Both the position numbers and the translations under genes were made by a program. Shown in pieces: positions 28,212 to 38,186 of a DNA stretch of 64,000 bases. The notes under the pieces were generated by a model. It searched no databases. It saw nothing but the letters and a program-made list of their open reading frames with translations, and was not told the DNA's origin. This stretch comes from an uncultured bacterium (lineage in GTDB: Bacteria; Bacillota; Clostridia; Oscillospirales; Oscillospiraceae): NCBI GenBank assembly GCA_947073515.1, contig CAMTMC010000001.1:37801-101800 (forward strand), in the 5' to 3' direction. Within the stretch, counting starts at the first letter, position 1; the number at the start of each line of letters is the position of its first letter.

Positions 28212-31200
28212 ATGAACACCCCCCACGTCCCCATGGACGAGGCCCGTCTGTTGAAATACGCCGCCAACGCCGCCCGGAGCCTGAAGCCCTCCGGGGCGGT
28301 CCCCTGCCGCGCCCTGGCCAGCCGGCTGAGGGAGAACCTGGAGGCCGTCCAGGGGGCGGCGGCCCGGTTGACTGACTGGGCCGCTGGTCAGAAAGCCGTC
28401 CCCGGGGCGGTGGAGTGGCTGCTGGACAACCACTACCTGGCCGCCCGGGCCGGGGAGGAGGCCCGCAGGACTCTGAAATCCGGCAGGCCCCTGCGGGGGG
28501 ACGGGGCGGGGGAGCCCCTGCTGTGGGCCTGCGCCAGAAGCGCCCTGTGGGCGGTGCCCGGCCTGGACACGGCCCGTCTGGCCCTCTTTCTCCAGGGCTT
28601 CCAGTCGGTCCTCCCCCTCACGGAGCGGGAGCTGTCCCTGCTGGTTTCCGCCCTGGCCGGCGTGGTGGTGGAGCGGTTGTCCGCCCTGTGCGGGGATCCC
28701 TCCGCCCTCCAAAAGGGCCGGGTCGCCCCGGAGGAGATGGCGAAGATTTTCACCGCCCTCCGGGCCCTGGAGGGGGCGGGCTGGTCCCGGCTGCTGGAGG
28801 AGGCCAGCCAGGTGGAGGGGATCCTGGCCCAGGACCCCACCGGCCACTACCCGGGGATGGACGGGGACACCCGCCGCCGCTACCGCCAGCGGCTGTGCCG
28901 GCTGGCCCGGAAGGGCCGTATGGACGAGGGCGCCGCCGCCCGCCTGGCCCTGGAGCTGGCCCGCAAGGAGGGCCGCCATATCGGCTGGTACCTCTACCGG
29001 GAGCCCCTGGGCCAGCCTGAGAAGCTGCCCTCCGGCAGGGGATACGCCGGGGCGGTGGCTGGCCTGTCCCTGCTGGCGGCCCTGGCCCTGTGGGGGGCGG
29101 CGGGCACGCCGGTGGCCGCCCTGCTGCTGGTGCTGCCCCTGTCCGACCTGGTGAAAAATATCCTGGATTTTACCCTGGTCCACCTGGTTCCGCCCCGGCC
29201 CGTGCCCCGGATGGAGCTGTCCGGCGGGATTCCCAAGGAGGGCCGTACCCTGTGCGTGGTGGTCTCCCTGCTGACGGGGGAGGACAGCGGCCCCCAGCTG
29301 GCCGCTCTGTTGGAGCGGTACCGCCTGGCCAACCGGGACGCCGGGCCGGAGCTCCGCCTGGGCATTTTGGCCGACCTCCCGGACAGCGCCGGCCCCATGG
29401 ATTCGGAAGGGGCGGCCTGGGTAGAGGGCGCCCGCCAGGCGGTGGAGGCCCTCAACGAGAAGCACGGCGGTGGCTTCTACCTCTTTTTCCGCCCACCCGC
29501 CCTCAACCCCCGGGACGGCCGGTACATGGGTCATGAGCGGAAGCGGGGCGCCCTCACCGAGCTGGCCCGCCTGCTGCGGCGGGCCCCCTCCGGCCTGGAG
29601 GTCACCGGCGACCGCCCCTGGCTGGACCAGGTCCAGTACGTCATCACCCTGGACGGGGACACCGCCCTGAACGTGGGCTCCGCCCGGGCGCTGGCGGGGG
29701 CCATGCTCCACCCTCTGAACGCCCCGGTGATCGACCCGGCCCGGCGGGTGGTGGTCTCCGGCCACGCCCTGCTCCAGCCCCGGGTGGCGGTGGAGCTGGA
29801 GGCGGCCAACAAATCCTTTTTCTCCCGGGTGTACGGCGGCCTGGGGGGCGTGGACCCCTACGGCTCCACCGCCAGCGACGTCTACCACGACCTATGCGAC
29901 CAGGGCACTTACACCGGCAAGGGCATCTTTTCGGTGGATGCCTTCCTCGCCTGCCTGGACGGCCGCTTCCCGGACAACGCCATCCTGTCCCACGACCTGC
30001 TGGAGGGCAGCTACCTCCGGGCGGGCCTGCTGGGGGAGGTGGAGCTCACCGACGGCTGTCCCTACAAGGTCCACGGCTACTTCGCCCGCCTCCACCGGTG
30101 GATCCGGGGGGACTGGCAGCTGCTGCCCTGGCTGGGCAGGCGCGTCCCCAACGGGGAGGGGGGGCGGGAGGGGAACCCCCTGCCCCCTCTGGCCAAGTGG
30201 AAGATCTTCGACAACCTCCGCCGCTCCCTGTCCCCGGTGTTTACCCTGCTCACCTTAGTCCTGGGGATTTGCTTCTCCGGAAAGGTGTTCGCCATCGCCG
30301 GGGGCGTGGCTGTCCTGTCCGCCGCCTCCAACCTGCTGCTGTCCGGGGCGGAGCTGGCCGTCCGCCGGAACGGCGGGCACCGGCGCTACCACTCCACCAT
30401 CATCGCCGGCCTGGCGGGGACGGTGCTCCAGACCGCCCTCCAGCTCATCCTCCTGCCCTGGCAGGCCTATGTCTCCCTCACCGCCGCCAGCTCCGCCCTG
30501 TGGCGGATGGCGGTCTCCCACAGGAACCTCCTGGCCTGGGTGACGGCGGCCCAGGCGGAGCGGCGGGGGAGCACCTTGTGGTTTTATTTCCGGCAGGGCT
30601 GGTTCTCGGCGGCGATTGGCCTGCTGGTGCTGTTTGCCGCCCAGCTGCGGATTGGCCGGGCGGCCGGCCTGCTCTGGCTGATGGCCCCCGCCCTGGCCTG
30701 GCTCATCAGCCGGCCCGCCCGGCCGGGCAAAAAGATCCCCCCTGCCGGCCGGGCCTTCCTCCTTCGCCAGGGGGAGCTGATCTGGGGCTACTTCGCCCAG
30801 TTCCTCCGGGAGGAGGACCACTATCTCCCGCCGGACAACTGGCAGGAGCAGCCCGGCCCCGCTCTGGCCCGGCGGACCTCCCCCACCAACATCGGCATGG
30901 CCCTGCTGTCCACCATGGCGGCGGCGGATCTGGAGCTGCTGCCCCAGGAGAAGGCGGTGGATCTGATCTCCCATACCCTGGACACGGTGGAGCGGCTGGA
31001 GAAGTGGCGGGGGCACCTGTACAACTGGTACGACACGGCCACCCTGGCCCCCCTCCACCCCCGGTACGTGTCCACGGTGGACAGCGGCAATCTGCGGGGC
31101 TGTCTCATCGCCCTGCGGGAGGGGCTGTACCGGTGGGGGGAGGCCGGCCTGGCCCGCCGGGCGGAGGCCCTGTCCGGCGCCATGGACTGCGCCCCCCTCT

Positions 31201-34200
31201 ACGACCGGGAGCGGAAGCTGTTCTCCATCGGCTACGAGGTGGAGCGGGGGGAGCTCACCAACGGGTACTACGACCTGATGGCCAGCGAGGCCCGGCAGAC
31301 CAGCTATATCTGCGTGGCCAAGGGGGAGGTCCCGCCCCGCCACTGGCGGCGGCTGGGCCGGATGCTCCTGGGGGACAACGACTACAGCGGCATGGCCTCC
31401 TGGACGGGCACCATGTTTGAGTATTTTATGCCCCACCTCCTGCTCCCCGCCGAGCCCAACTCCTTCCTCTATGAGACGCTGGCCTTCTGCGTCTACGCCC
31501 AGAAGCGCCGGGGCAGCCAGGCCCATGCCCCCTGGGGGATTTCGGAGTCGGCCTTCTACTCCTTCGACCCTGGGATGAACTACCAGTACAAGGCCCACGG
31601 GGTCCAGTCCCTGGGCCTGAAGCGGGGGCTGGACAGCGAGCTGGTGATCTCCCCGTACAGCTCCTTCCTGGCCCTGCTCCTGGCCCCCAAGAGCGCCCTG
31701 GCGAACCTGCGCCGCCTGCGAGACATGGGCCTGGAGGGGAAATACGGCCTGTATGAGGCCGTGGACCGCACCCCCTCCCGCCTCCAGGGCGGGGCGCCCT
31801 ATGAGGTGATCCGCTCCTATATGTCCCACCATCTGGGCATGAGCCTGGTGGCCATTGACAACGCCCTCCGGGATAACATCATGCAAAAGCGCTTTATGCG
31901 GGACTGCGACATGGCCGCCTACCGGGAGCTGCTCCAGGAGCGGGTGCCGGTGGGGGCGCCCATCCTCCGCCGGCCGGAGCGGGAAGTGCCGGAAAAGCCC
32001 CGGCCCGCCCCCGGCCCGGAGCTGAGGCGGAGCGGGGAGGGGGCCGGGCTGCTGGCCCCGGCCTGCCACCTGCTGTCCAACGGGAGCTGGCATGTGCTGG
32101 CCTGTGACAACGGCCTCACCGCCTCCCGCCAGGGGGACTGGGCGATTACCCTGGCCCGGCCCGGGGCGTACTGCCAGCCCGCCGGGGTTTCTGTGTTTTT
32201 CTCCGGCCCGAAGGGGACGGTGGGCCTCACTCCCTCCCCCTTGTTCCAGGACGGGGACTGCCGCTGGGAATTTCACTCCAGCGGGGCCCTTTGGCAGACT
32301 GCACAAAGGGAGTGGTCCGCCCGGCTGGAGCTGTCCGTCCCCGGCCGGGAGAGCGGGGAGCTGCGCCAGATCACCCTCTTTTCCCGGGAAAACCAGCCCT
32401 TAAAGGGGGAAATCTGGCTCTATCTGGAGCCGGTTCTGTGTCCGATGCCGGACTATGACGCCCATCCGGCCTTCTCCAGGCTCTTTGTGGAACATGCACA
32501 ATTTGACGGCGGGGCGGTATTCCACCGCCGGCCCAGAGGAGGGGAGCCCGATCTCTATCTGGCGGTTTGTTGGACAGGCGGGACAGCCGCCCTGGGTCTG
32601 GACCGGTCGGCCCTGGGCCGGGGCGGGCTCCGGGCCCTGCCCGGGAAAAAGCCGGGGCTGCCGGAGGGGGAAGGGGGTTCGGACCCCTGCCTGCTGGCGG
32701 CGGTCCCCGTTGACCTGGCCCCGGGGGAGCGTGTTTCCATCTCCCTGGCCCTGGCGGCGGGGGAGAGCCTCCAGGCCGCCCGGGAGAGCGCCCGGCGGAT
32801 TTTGGCGGGGCGTGGCGGCCCGCCGGCCTCTCTGGCCCCGCTGCTGCAAAAGCTGGAACTCACTGAGGCACAAGGGTTTTCGGCATTTCAGCTCCTGTCC
32901 CGGCTAGCCGCTGTGGAGGAGAAGACCGGCCTCCCGCCCCGGGAGGGGAGCCTGTGGCCGCTGGGAATCTCTGGGGATTTACCCATCGCCGTGGGACAGC
33001 TTTCCAGCGAGGAGGACCAGGAGCGGGCCGCCCTGTGGTGCCGCCAGCACCAGTTTTTGACCAGAAGCGGCTTCCCCTTTGACCTGGTCCTGCTGGTGGA
33101 GGAGGGGGGCGACTACCGCCGGCCTCTGCGCTCCGCCCTGATGGAGGCGCTGCGGGGGCTGGGGGCGGAGTCCGCCCTGGGAGCCAGGGGGGGGATCCAC
33201 CTGGTGGAGTCCGCCGCCGCCGGGCAGGTTCTGCCCTGGGCCAAGGCGGTTCTGCCGGCGCCCCGGGAGGCGGGGGAGAGGGAGCGGTTTGCCCCGCCGT
33301 CCCCGGTAAACCTGAAGCCCGGCCCGGCCCCCTGGGAGACGCGGGAGGACGGGAGCGTGGTGATCTCCGCCGGGGACCGGCTGCCCCCGGTGGGGTGGAG
33401 CCAGGTATTATGTAACGAGAATTTTGGCTGGATCACCGATGAGACGGGGGACGGGTTCCTGTGGGACGGCGGAAATTCCAGGGAACACCGGCTGTCCCCC
33501 TGGGCCAATGACCCGCTGGCGGTGGGCGGGCCGGAAAAAATTGTGGTCAGCCTGAACGGGCGGGAATATTCCATCTTTGCGGATGGGGACGGCCACCCCT
33601 GCTCGGTGACCTACCGCCCCGGCCTGGCCCAGTGGGAGAAGCGGATCGGCCCCGTTCTGCTCACCACCCAGGGCTTTGTGCCCTGGGACCGGGACTGCCG
33701 GGTGCTGCGGGTGACCCTGTCCGGGGGGAGTGGGGTACTCTCCTGCCGCCTGGACGGGCGGGAGGAGGCCGCCCGCCCCATTGGAGACGGCCAGACGCTG
33801 GCCCTGGTCACCCAGGGCCAGGGCGGCCGGCCGGTTTACCACTTTGAGGAGGGGGAGTTCCTCCCGGAGCAGGAGGAGACCGTGGAGCGGTGGGAGGAAA
33901 AGGTCTCCAGCCTGAAGGTTTTCACCCCGGATGAGGGGCTGAACCGCTACCTCAACAGCTGGTGCCTGTATCAGGTCATCGCCTGCCGGCTGATGGCCAG
34001 AACCTCCCAGTACCAGAACGGCGGGGCCTTCGGCTTCCGGGACCAACTCCAGGATGTGCTGGCCCTGGTGTACACCTGGCCGGCCCGGGCCAGGGAGCAG
34101 CTTCTGCTGGCGGCCTCCCGGCAGTTCGAGGAGGGGGATGTCCAGCACTGGTGGCACCCGCCGGAGGGAGCCGGGGTCCGGACCAGGATCTCCGACGACC

Positions 34201-35348
34201 TGCTGTGGCTGCCCTGGGTGCTGTGCCGGTACTGCCAGACCACCGGGGACTGGGGGATTTTGGAGGAGCAGGTCCCCTATCTGACCTCCAAACCCCTGGG
34301 CCCGGAGGAGGGGGACCGGTATGAGACCCCCCAGGCAAGCCAGAAGGTGGAGAGCCTTTACAGCCACGCCCTGGCGGCCATCCGGCACGCCCTGGGCCGG
34401 GGGACGGGCGCCCACGGCCTGGCCCTGATGGGTACCGGGGACTGGAACGACGGCATGAACCGGGTGGGGGAGAAGGGCCGGGGGGAGTCGGTGTGGCTGA
34501 CCTGGTTCTTGGCCGCCGTTTTACAGGCGTTCTCCCCGGTGTGCGAGCGGATGGGGGATCGGGAGGCCGCCCGGGAGTGTTTGGAGCGGGCGGACCAGCT
34601 GATGGAGGCGGCGCAAAAGTCCTGGGACGGCGGCTGGTACCGCCGGGGATACTACGACGATGGAGCCCCCCTGGGCTCCGCCCAGAGCCAGGCGTGCCAG
34701 CTGGACTCCATCGCCCAGTCCTTCTCCGTATTCCCCCGGGGGACAGACCGGGAGCGGGCCAACCAGGCGGTCTCCGCCGCCCTGGAGCGGCTGTTTGACC
34801 GGGAAAACGGGGTGGTCCGGCTGTTTGACCCGGCCTTCGACGGCGGGGAGGAGGAGCCGGGGTATATCAAGGCCTACCCCGCCGGGGTGCGGGAGAACGG
34901 CGGGCAGTACACCCACGGGGCGGTGTGGCTGGCCATAGCCTGTTTCCGGCTGAACCGGCCCCGGGAGGGCTGGGCGGTTCTGCAGGCCCTGCTGCCCCAG
35001 GGGCACCCCACGAAGGCCTACCGGGGGGAGCCGTATGTGCTGGCCGGGGACGTGTCCCGGGAGGGCCGGGCGGGATGGACCTGGTACACCGGGGCCGCCG
35101 GCTGGTACTGGCAGGCGGCGGTGGAGGAGCTGCTGGGGATCACGGTCAAGGAGAACAAGCTGACGGTGGAGCCCAACCTGCCGCCGGACTGGCCGGGGTA
35201 CCGGGCGGAGTGGAAGCTGCCCAAGGGGCGGCTGGCCATCTCCGTGGAGCGGGTTGGGCGCTATTCCGCCGCCCTGGACGGGAGACGGCTGGAGGGGGGC
35301 GTCCCCCTGGAGCTGGAAGGGGAGCACACCCTGCGGGTGACGGTGTAG
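28212..35348 (+). CDS. Cyclic beta-1,2-glucan synthase-like protein (Cgs/NdvB: GT84 + TM + GH189-like cyclisation domain + GH94 phosphorylase)
   Basis: HERKRG, TLDGDT, SHDLLEG, RWIRGDWQ (GT); PPDNWQE, TSPTNIG, GHLYNWY, YDLMASEAR, SWTGTMFEY, WGISES (cyclisation domain); YQNGGAFGFRDQLQD, GDWNDGMN, RENGGQYTH (GH94). ATG 28212 after AGGAGG. Confidence 0.85.
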   Translation: MNTPHVPMDEARLLKYAANAARSLKPSGAVPCRALASRLRENLEAVQGAAARLTDWAAGQKAVPGAVEWLLDNHYLAARAGEEARRTLKSGRPLRGDGAGEPLLWACARSALWAVPGLDTARLALFLQGFQSVLPLTERELSLLVSALAGVVVERLSALCGDPSALQKGRVAPEEMAKIFTALRALEGAGWSRLLEEASQVEGILAQDPTGHYPGMDGDTRRRYRQRLCRLARKGRMDEGAAARLALELARKEGRHIGWYLYREPLGQPEKLPSGRGYAGAVAGLSLLAALALWGAAGTPVAALLLVLPLSDLVKNILDFTLVHLVPPRPVPRMELSGGIPKEGRTLCVVVSLLTGEDSGPQLAALLERYRLANRDAGPELRLGILADLPDSAGPMDSEGAAWVEGARQAVEALNEKHGGGFYLFFRPPALNPRDGRYMGHERKRGALTELARLLRRAPSGLEVTGDRPWLDQVQYVITLDGDTALNVGSARALAGAMLHPLNAPVIDPARRVVVSGHALLQPRVAVELEAANKSFFSRVYGGLGGVDPYGSTASDVYHDLCDQGTYTGKGIFSVDAFLACLDGRFPDNAILSHDLLEGSYLRAGLLGEVELTDGCPYKVHGYFARLHRWIRGDWQLLPWLGRRVPNGEGGREGNPLPPLAKWKIFDNLRRSLSPVFTLLTLVLGICFSGKVFAIAGGVAVLSAASNLLLSGAELAVRRNGGHRRYHSTIIAGLAGTVLQTALQLILLPWQAYVSLTAASSALWRMAVSHRNLLAWVTAAQAERRGSTLWFYFRQGWFSAAIGLLVLFAAQLRIGRAAGLLWLMAPALAWLISRPARPGKKIPPAGRAFLLRQGELIWGYFAQFLREEDHYLPPDNWQEQPGPALARRTSPTNIGMALLSTMAAADLELLPQEKAVDLISHTLDTVERLEKWRGHLYNWYDTATLAPLHPRYVSTVDSGNLRGCLIALREGLYRWGEAGLARRAEALSGAMDCAPLYDRERKLFSIGYEVERGELTNGYYDLMASEARQTSYICVAKGEVPPRHWRRLGRMLLGDNDYSGMASWTGTMFEYFMPHLLLPAEPNSFLYETLAFCVYAQKRRGSQAHAPWGISESAFYSFDPGMNYQYKAHGVQSLGLKRGLDSELVISPYSSFLALLLAPKSALANLRRLRDMGLEGKYGLYEAVDRTPSRLQGGAPYEVIRSYMSHHLGMSLVAIDNALRDNIMQKRFMRDCDMAAYRELLQERVPVGAPILRRPEREVPEKPRPAPGPELRRSGEGAGLLAPACHLLSNGSWHVLACDNGLTASRQGDWAITLARPGAYCQPAGVSVFFSGPKGTVGLTPSPLFQDGDCRWEFHSSGALWQTAQREWSARLELSVPGRESGELRQITLFSRENQPLKGEIWLYLEPVLCPMPDYDAHPAFSRLFVEHAQFDGGAVFHRRPRGGEPDLYLAVCWTGGTAALGLDRSALGRGGLRALPGKKPGLPEGEGGSDPCLLAAVPVDLAPGERVSISLALAAGESLQAARESARRILAGRGGPPASLAPLLQKLELTEAQGFSAFQLLSRLAAVEEKTGLPPREGSLWPLGISGDLPIAVGQLSSEEDQERAALWCRQHQFLTRSGFPFDLVLLVEEGGDYRRPLRSALMEALRGLGAESALGARGGIHLVESAAAGQVLPWAKAVLPAPREAGERERFAPPSPVNLKPGPAPWETREDGSVVISAGDRLPPVGWSQVLCNENFGWITDETGDGFLWDGGNSREHRLSPWANDPLAVGGPEKIVVSLNGREYSIFADGDGHPCSVTYRPGLAQWEKRIGPVLLTTQGFVPWDRDCRVLRVTLSGGSGVLSCRLDGREEAARPIGDGQTLALVTQGQGGRPVYHFEEGEFLPEQEETVERWEEKVSSLKVFTPDEGLNRYLNSWCLYQVIACRLMARTSQYQNGGAFGFRDQLQDVLALVYTWPARAREQLLLAASRQFEEGDVQHWWHPPEGAGVRTRISDDLLWLPWVLCRYCQTTGDWGILEEQVPYLTSKPLGPEEGDRYETPQASQKVESLYSHALAAIRHALGRGTGAHGLALMGTGDWNDGMNRVGEKGRGESVWLTWFLAAVLQAFSPVCERMGDREAARECLERADQLMEAAQKSWDGGWYRRGYYDDGAPLGSAQSQACQLDSIAQSFSVFPRGTDRERANQAVSAALERLFDRENGVVRLFDPAFDGGEEEPGYIKAYPAGVRENGGQYTHGAVWLAIACFRLNRPREGWAVLQALLPQGHPTKAYRGEPYVLAGDVSREGRAGWTWYTGAAGWYWQAAVEELLGITVKENKLTVEPNLPPDWPGYRAEWKLPKGRLAISVERVGRYSAALDGRRLEGGVPLELEGEHTLRVTV

Positions 35349-35374
35349 GGCGGGCCCCGCTGGGGAAAAAGCCC

Positions 35375-35403
35375 TTGCCGGGCCCTCTGGGATGTGATAT
35401 GAT
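35375..35403 (+). promoter_or_regulatory. SigA promoter of the M16-lgt-folD operon
   Basis: TTGCCG-N17-TATGAT. Confidence 0.65.
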
Positions 35404-35435
35404 ATCATAGACCAAATTTTGGGGCACATGTTTTA

Positions 35436-35597
35436 GAACCGGTATTCATTAGCGAAAATGCCGGATGAGCGAGGAAGTTTGCCTGCCCCGCAAGGCGGGA
35501 AAGCGCCGGAATCCTGGGTGGATTTCAAGATTTCCCAACGGGGCGGGGCGGCAAGATTCCCGATTAGACGGCCGTTTGCGCTTTTGAATACAGGTTC
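35436..35597 (+). mobile_element. 162-bp MITE-like element with TTA target duplication
   Basis: TTA-GAACCGGTATTCA...TGAATACAGGTTC-TTA; 13-bp TIR with 1 mismatch; no ORF. Confidence 0.85.
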
Positions 35598-35621
35598 TTA
35601 CCTGAGAAAGGAATTAAGGAT

Positions 35622-36905
35622 ATGTCCAATGTCACCCGCCGGGAATTATTCCCCGGGGTATGGCTGCGCGCGGTCCATACCAATAAATTTAAAAGCTCCT
35701 ACCTGTCCGTCACCCTGCTGGCCCCCCTGGACCGGGAGACCGCCGGGGCCAACGCCCTGGTACCCTACGTGCTCCGCCGGGGGACGGCGGCCCACCCGGA
35801 TCTGGAGAGCCTGTCCGCCGCCCTGGACGAGCTGTACGGCGGGGCCGTGGAGCCTGTGACCCGGAAAAAGGGGGAGACCCAGTGCGTGGGGTTCGCCGCC
35901 AGCTTTCTGGACGACGCCTATGCCCTGAAGGGGGAGAAGATTCTGGAGCCCGCCGCCGCCCTGCTGGGGGAGCTGCTGCTCCAGCCCTGCACCCAGGACG
36001 GCCGCTTCCGCCAGGACTACACCGAGGGGGAGCGGCAGAACCTCATTGACAGGATCCGGGCCCAGATCAACGACAAGCGGACCTACGCCACCCAGAAGCT
36101 GGTACGGGAGATGTGCAAATACGAGGCCTTCGGGGTGGACAAGCTGGGGGATGAGGAGAGCGTGGCGGCCATCACCTCGGAGAGCCTGTGGCAGCGGTAT
36201 CAGCAGCTGCTTCAGGATGCCCGGGTGGAGGTCTACTTCTGCGGCTCCGCCGACCCTGACCGGGTGGAGGAGGCCCTGCGGGCCGCCCTGGCCGGCTTGC
36301 CAGTGAATGAGGACCGGGTTGACCCGGCCTGCGACGTGCGGGTGTCCGCCGGCCCCGAACCCATTGTGGTGGTGGAGGAGATGGACGTAAGCCAGGGCAA
36401 GCTGGCCCTGGGCTTCCGCTCCGGGGGGCAGACCTGCTGGGAGGAGGACTACCCCGCCCTGGCCATGTGCAACGCCGTCCTCGGGGGAACCACCCTGTCC
36501 AAGCTGTTTATGAACGTGCGGGAGAAGTTGTCCCTGTGCTACTACGCCAGCTCCATGCTGGAGAAGATGAAGGGGCTGGTGCTGGTGTCCTCCGGCATCG
36601 AGTTTGACAAGTACCAGACCGCCAGGGACGAGATTCTAGCCCAGCTGGAGGCCATTCGCCGGGGAGACATCGAGGACTGGGAGCTGGAGGGGGCCCGGCG
36701 CACCCTCATCAGCGGGTATCTGACCACGCTGGACGAGCAGGGCAGGCAGGAGGAGTTCTGGCTGGGCCAGTCCGCCGCCGGGCTGGAGGAGAGCCCGGAG
36801 GAGTTCGCCGCCCGGCTGGAGGCCGTGACCCGGGAGCAGGTGGCCCGGGCGGCCCAAAAGCTGGAGCTGGACACCGTGTATTTCCTGAAAGGGAAGGAGG
36901 GCTGA
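35622..36905 (+). CDS. M16 peptidase, non-catalytic subunit (YmfF-like)
   Basis: M16 fold motifs (KLFMNVREKLSLCYY) but no HxxEH. Confidence 0.88.
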   Translation: MSNVTRRELFPGVWLRAVHTNKFKSSYLSVTLLAPLDRETAGANALVPYVLRRGTAAHPDLESLSAALDELYGGAVEPVTRKKGETQCVGFAASFLDDAYALKGEKILEPAAALLGELLLQPCTQDGRFRQDYTEGERQNLIDRIRAQINDKRTYATQKLVREMCKYEAFGVDKLGDEESVAAITSESLWQRYQQLLQDARVEVYFCGSADPDRVEEALRAALAGLPVNEDRVDPACDVRVSAGPEPIVVVEEMDVSQGKLALGFRSGGQTCWEEDYPALAMCNAVLGGTTLSKLFMNVREKLSLCYYASSMLEKMKGLVLVSSGIEFDKYQTARDEILAQLEAIRRGDIEDWELEGARRTLISGYLTTLDEQGRQEEFWLGQSAAGLEESPEEFAARLEAVTREQVARAAQKLELDTVYFLKGKEG

Positions 36906-36908
36906 GAG

Positions 36909-38186
36909 ATGGAAAAGCTGGAATTTGCCAAGGCGGGGGAATCCATGTACCACGAGAAGCTGGAAAACGGCCTCAACGTGTTTGTCTTCCCCAAGCCCGA
37001 GTTTCAGAAGGGTTATGCCTTTTTCGCCACCAACTACGGCGGCATGGACATGCGTTTCTGCCTGAACGGGGAGTGGCGGGACACCCCCGCCGGGGTGGCC
37101 CACTACCTGGAGCACAAGATGTTTGATACCAAGGAGGGCAACGCCCTCCAGGAGCTGGCCGCCAACGGGGCCAGCCCCAACGCCTTTACCAGCAACGACA
37201 TCACCGGCTACTACTTCGACTCCACTGAGAAATTTGAGGAGAACCTGCGGATTCTGCTGTCTTTCGTCTCAGTGCCCTGGTTTACCCAGGAGAGCGTGGA
37301 CAAGGAGCGGGGCATCATCGGCCAGGAGATCGGCATGATTGAGGACGACCCCCATTGGAAGTGCTATATGAACCTGATGAAGGCCCTGTTTCAGCGCCAC
37401 CCCATCCGGGTGAGCGTGGCGGGGAGCGTGGAGTCCATCGCCCAAATTACCCCGGAGACCCTGTACGCCTGCCACAAGGCCTTCTACGACCCGGCCAACA
37501 TGGCCCTGTGCGTGGCCGGCCCGGTGGACCCGGAGCACATCTGCCGGGTTGCCCGGGAAATCCTCCCCAAGGAGGCGGGACCCATCGCCGCCAAGGATTA
37601 TGGCGAGAAAGAGGAGCCCCGCGCTGCCCAATCCCTGATTGAGGAGCGGATGGAGGTGTCCGCCCCCATCTTCCAGCTGGGCTGGAAGGGGGACCCCAAG
37701 GCGGACGGGGAGGGCCGCCTGCGCCAGGAGCTGGCGGGCGGGCTGGCCCTGGAGGCGCTGCTGGGCAATTCCAGCCCCCTGTACGCCAGGCTGTACCGGG
37801 AGGGGCTGATTAACCAGGAGTTTGGCTACAGCTATGAGAGCGGCTCCGGCTGCGCCTTCCTGTGCGCCGGCGGGGAGTCCAAGGACCCGGAGGCCGTCCG
37901 CATGGCGGTGGCCCAGGAGGCCGCCCGTATCGGCCGGGAAGGCATCGACCCCGCCCTGTGGGAGCGGATTAAGAAGGGGGTCTACGGCAACAAAGTCCGT
38001 GGTCTGAACTCCTTTGAAAACCTGTGCGTGGGCCAGGCCCAGGCCTTCTTCTCGGGCTATAACTTCCTGCGCTTTGCTGAAATTTTTGACTCCATCCCCA
38101 AGGAGGAGGCGGAGGAGCTGATTGCCAACTGGGTAACCGGGGAGCGTGCCGCCCTGTCGGTGGTCCGGGCCAAGGAGGAGACATGA
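36909..38186 (+). CDS. M16 peptidase, catalytic subunit (YmfH-like)
   Basis: GVAHYLEHKMF, NAFTS, KERGIIGQEI. Confidence 0.92.
   Translation: MEKLEFAKAGESMYHEKLENGLNVFVFPKPEFQKGYAFFATNYGGMDMRFCLNGEWRDTPAGVAHYLEHKMFDTKEGNALQELAANGASPNAFTSNDITGYYFDSTEKFEENLRILLSFVSVPWFTQESVDKERGIIGQEIGMIEDDPHWKCYMNLMKALFQRHPIRVSVAGSVESIAQITPETLYACHKAFYDPANMALCVAGPVDPEHICRVAREILPKEAGPIAAKDYGEKEEPRAAQSLIEERMEVSAPIFQLGWKGDPKADGEGRLRQELAGGLALEALLGNSSPLYARLYREGLINQEFGYSYESGSGCAFLCAGGESKDPEAVRMAVAQEAARIGREGIDPALWERIKKGVYGNKVRGLNSFENLCVGQAQAFFSGYNFLRFAEIFDSIPKEEAEELIANWVTGERAALSVVRAKEET

Noticed and set aside
27663-29888. 741-aa ORF-track call ending in YlxM
   Set aside because: Only 27663-28028 is YlxM. The extension overlaps the divergent promoters and the cgs gene.
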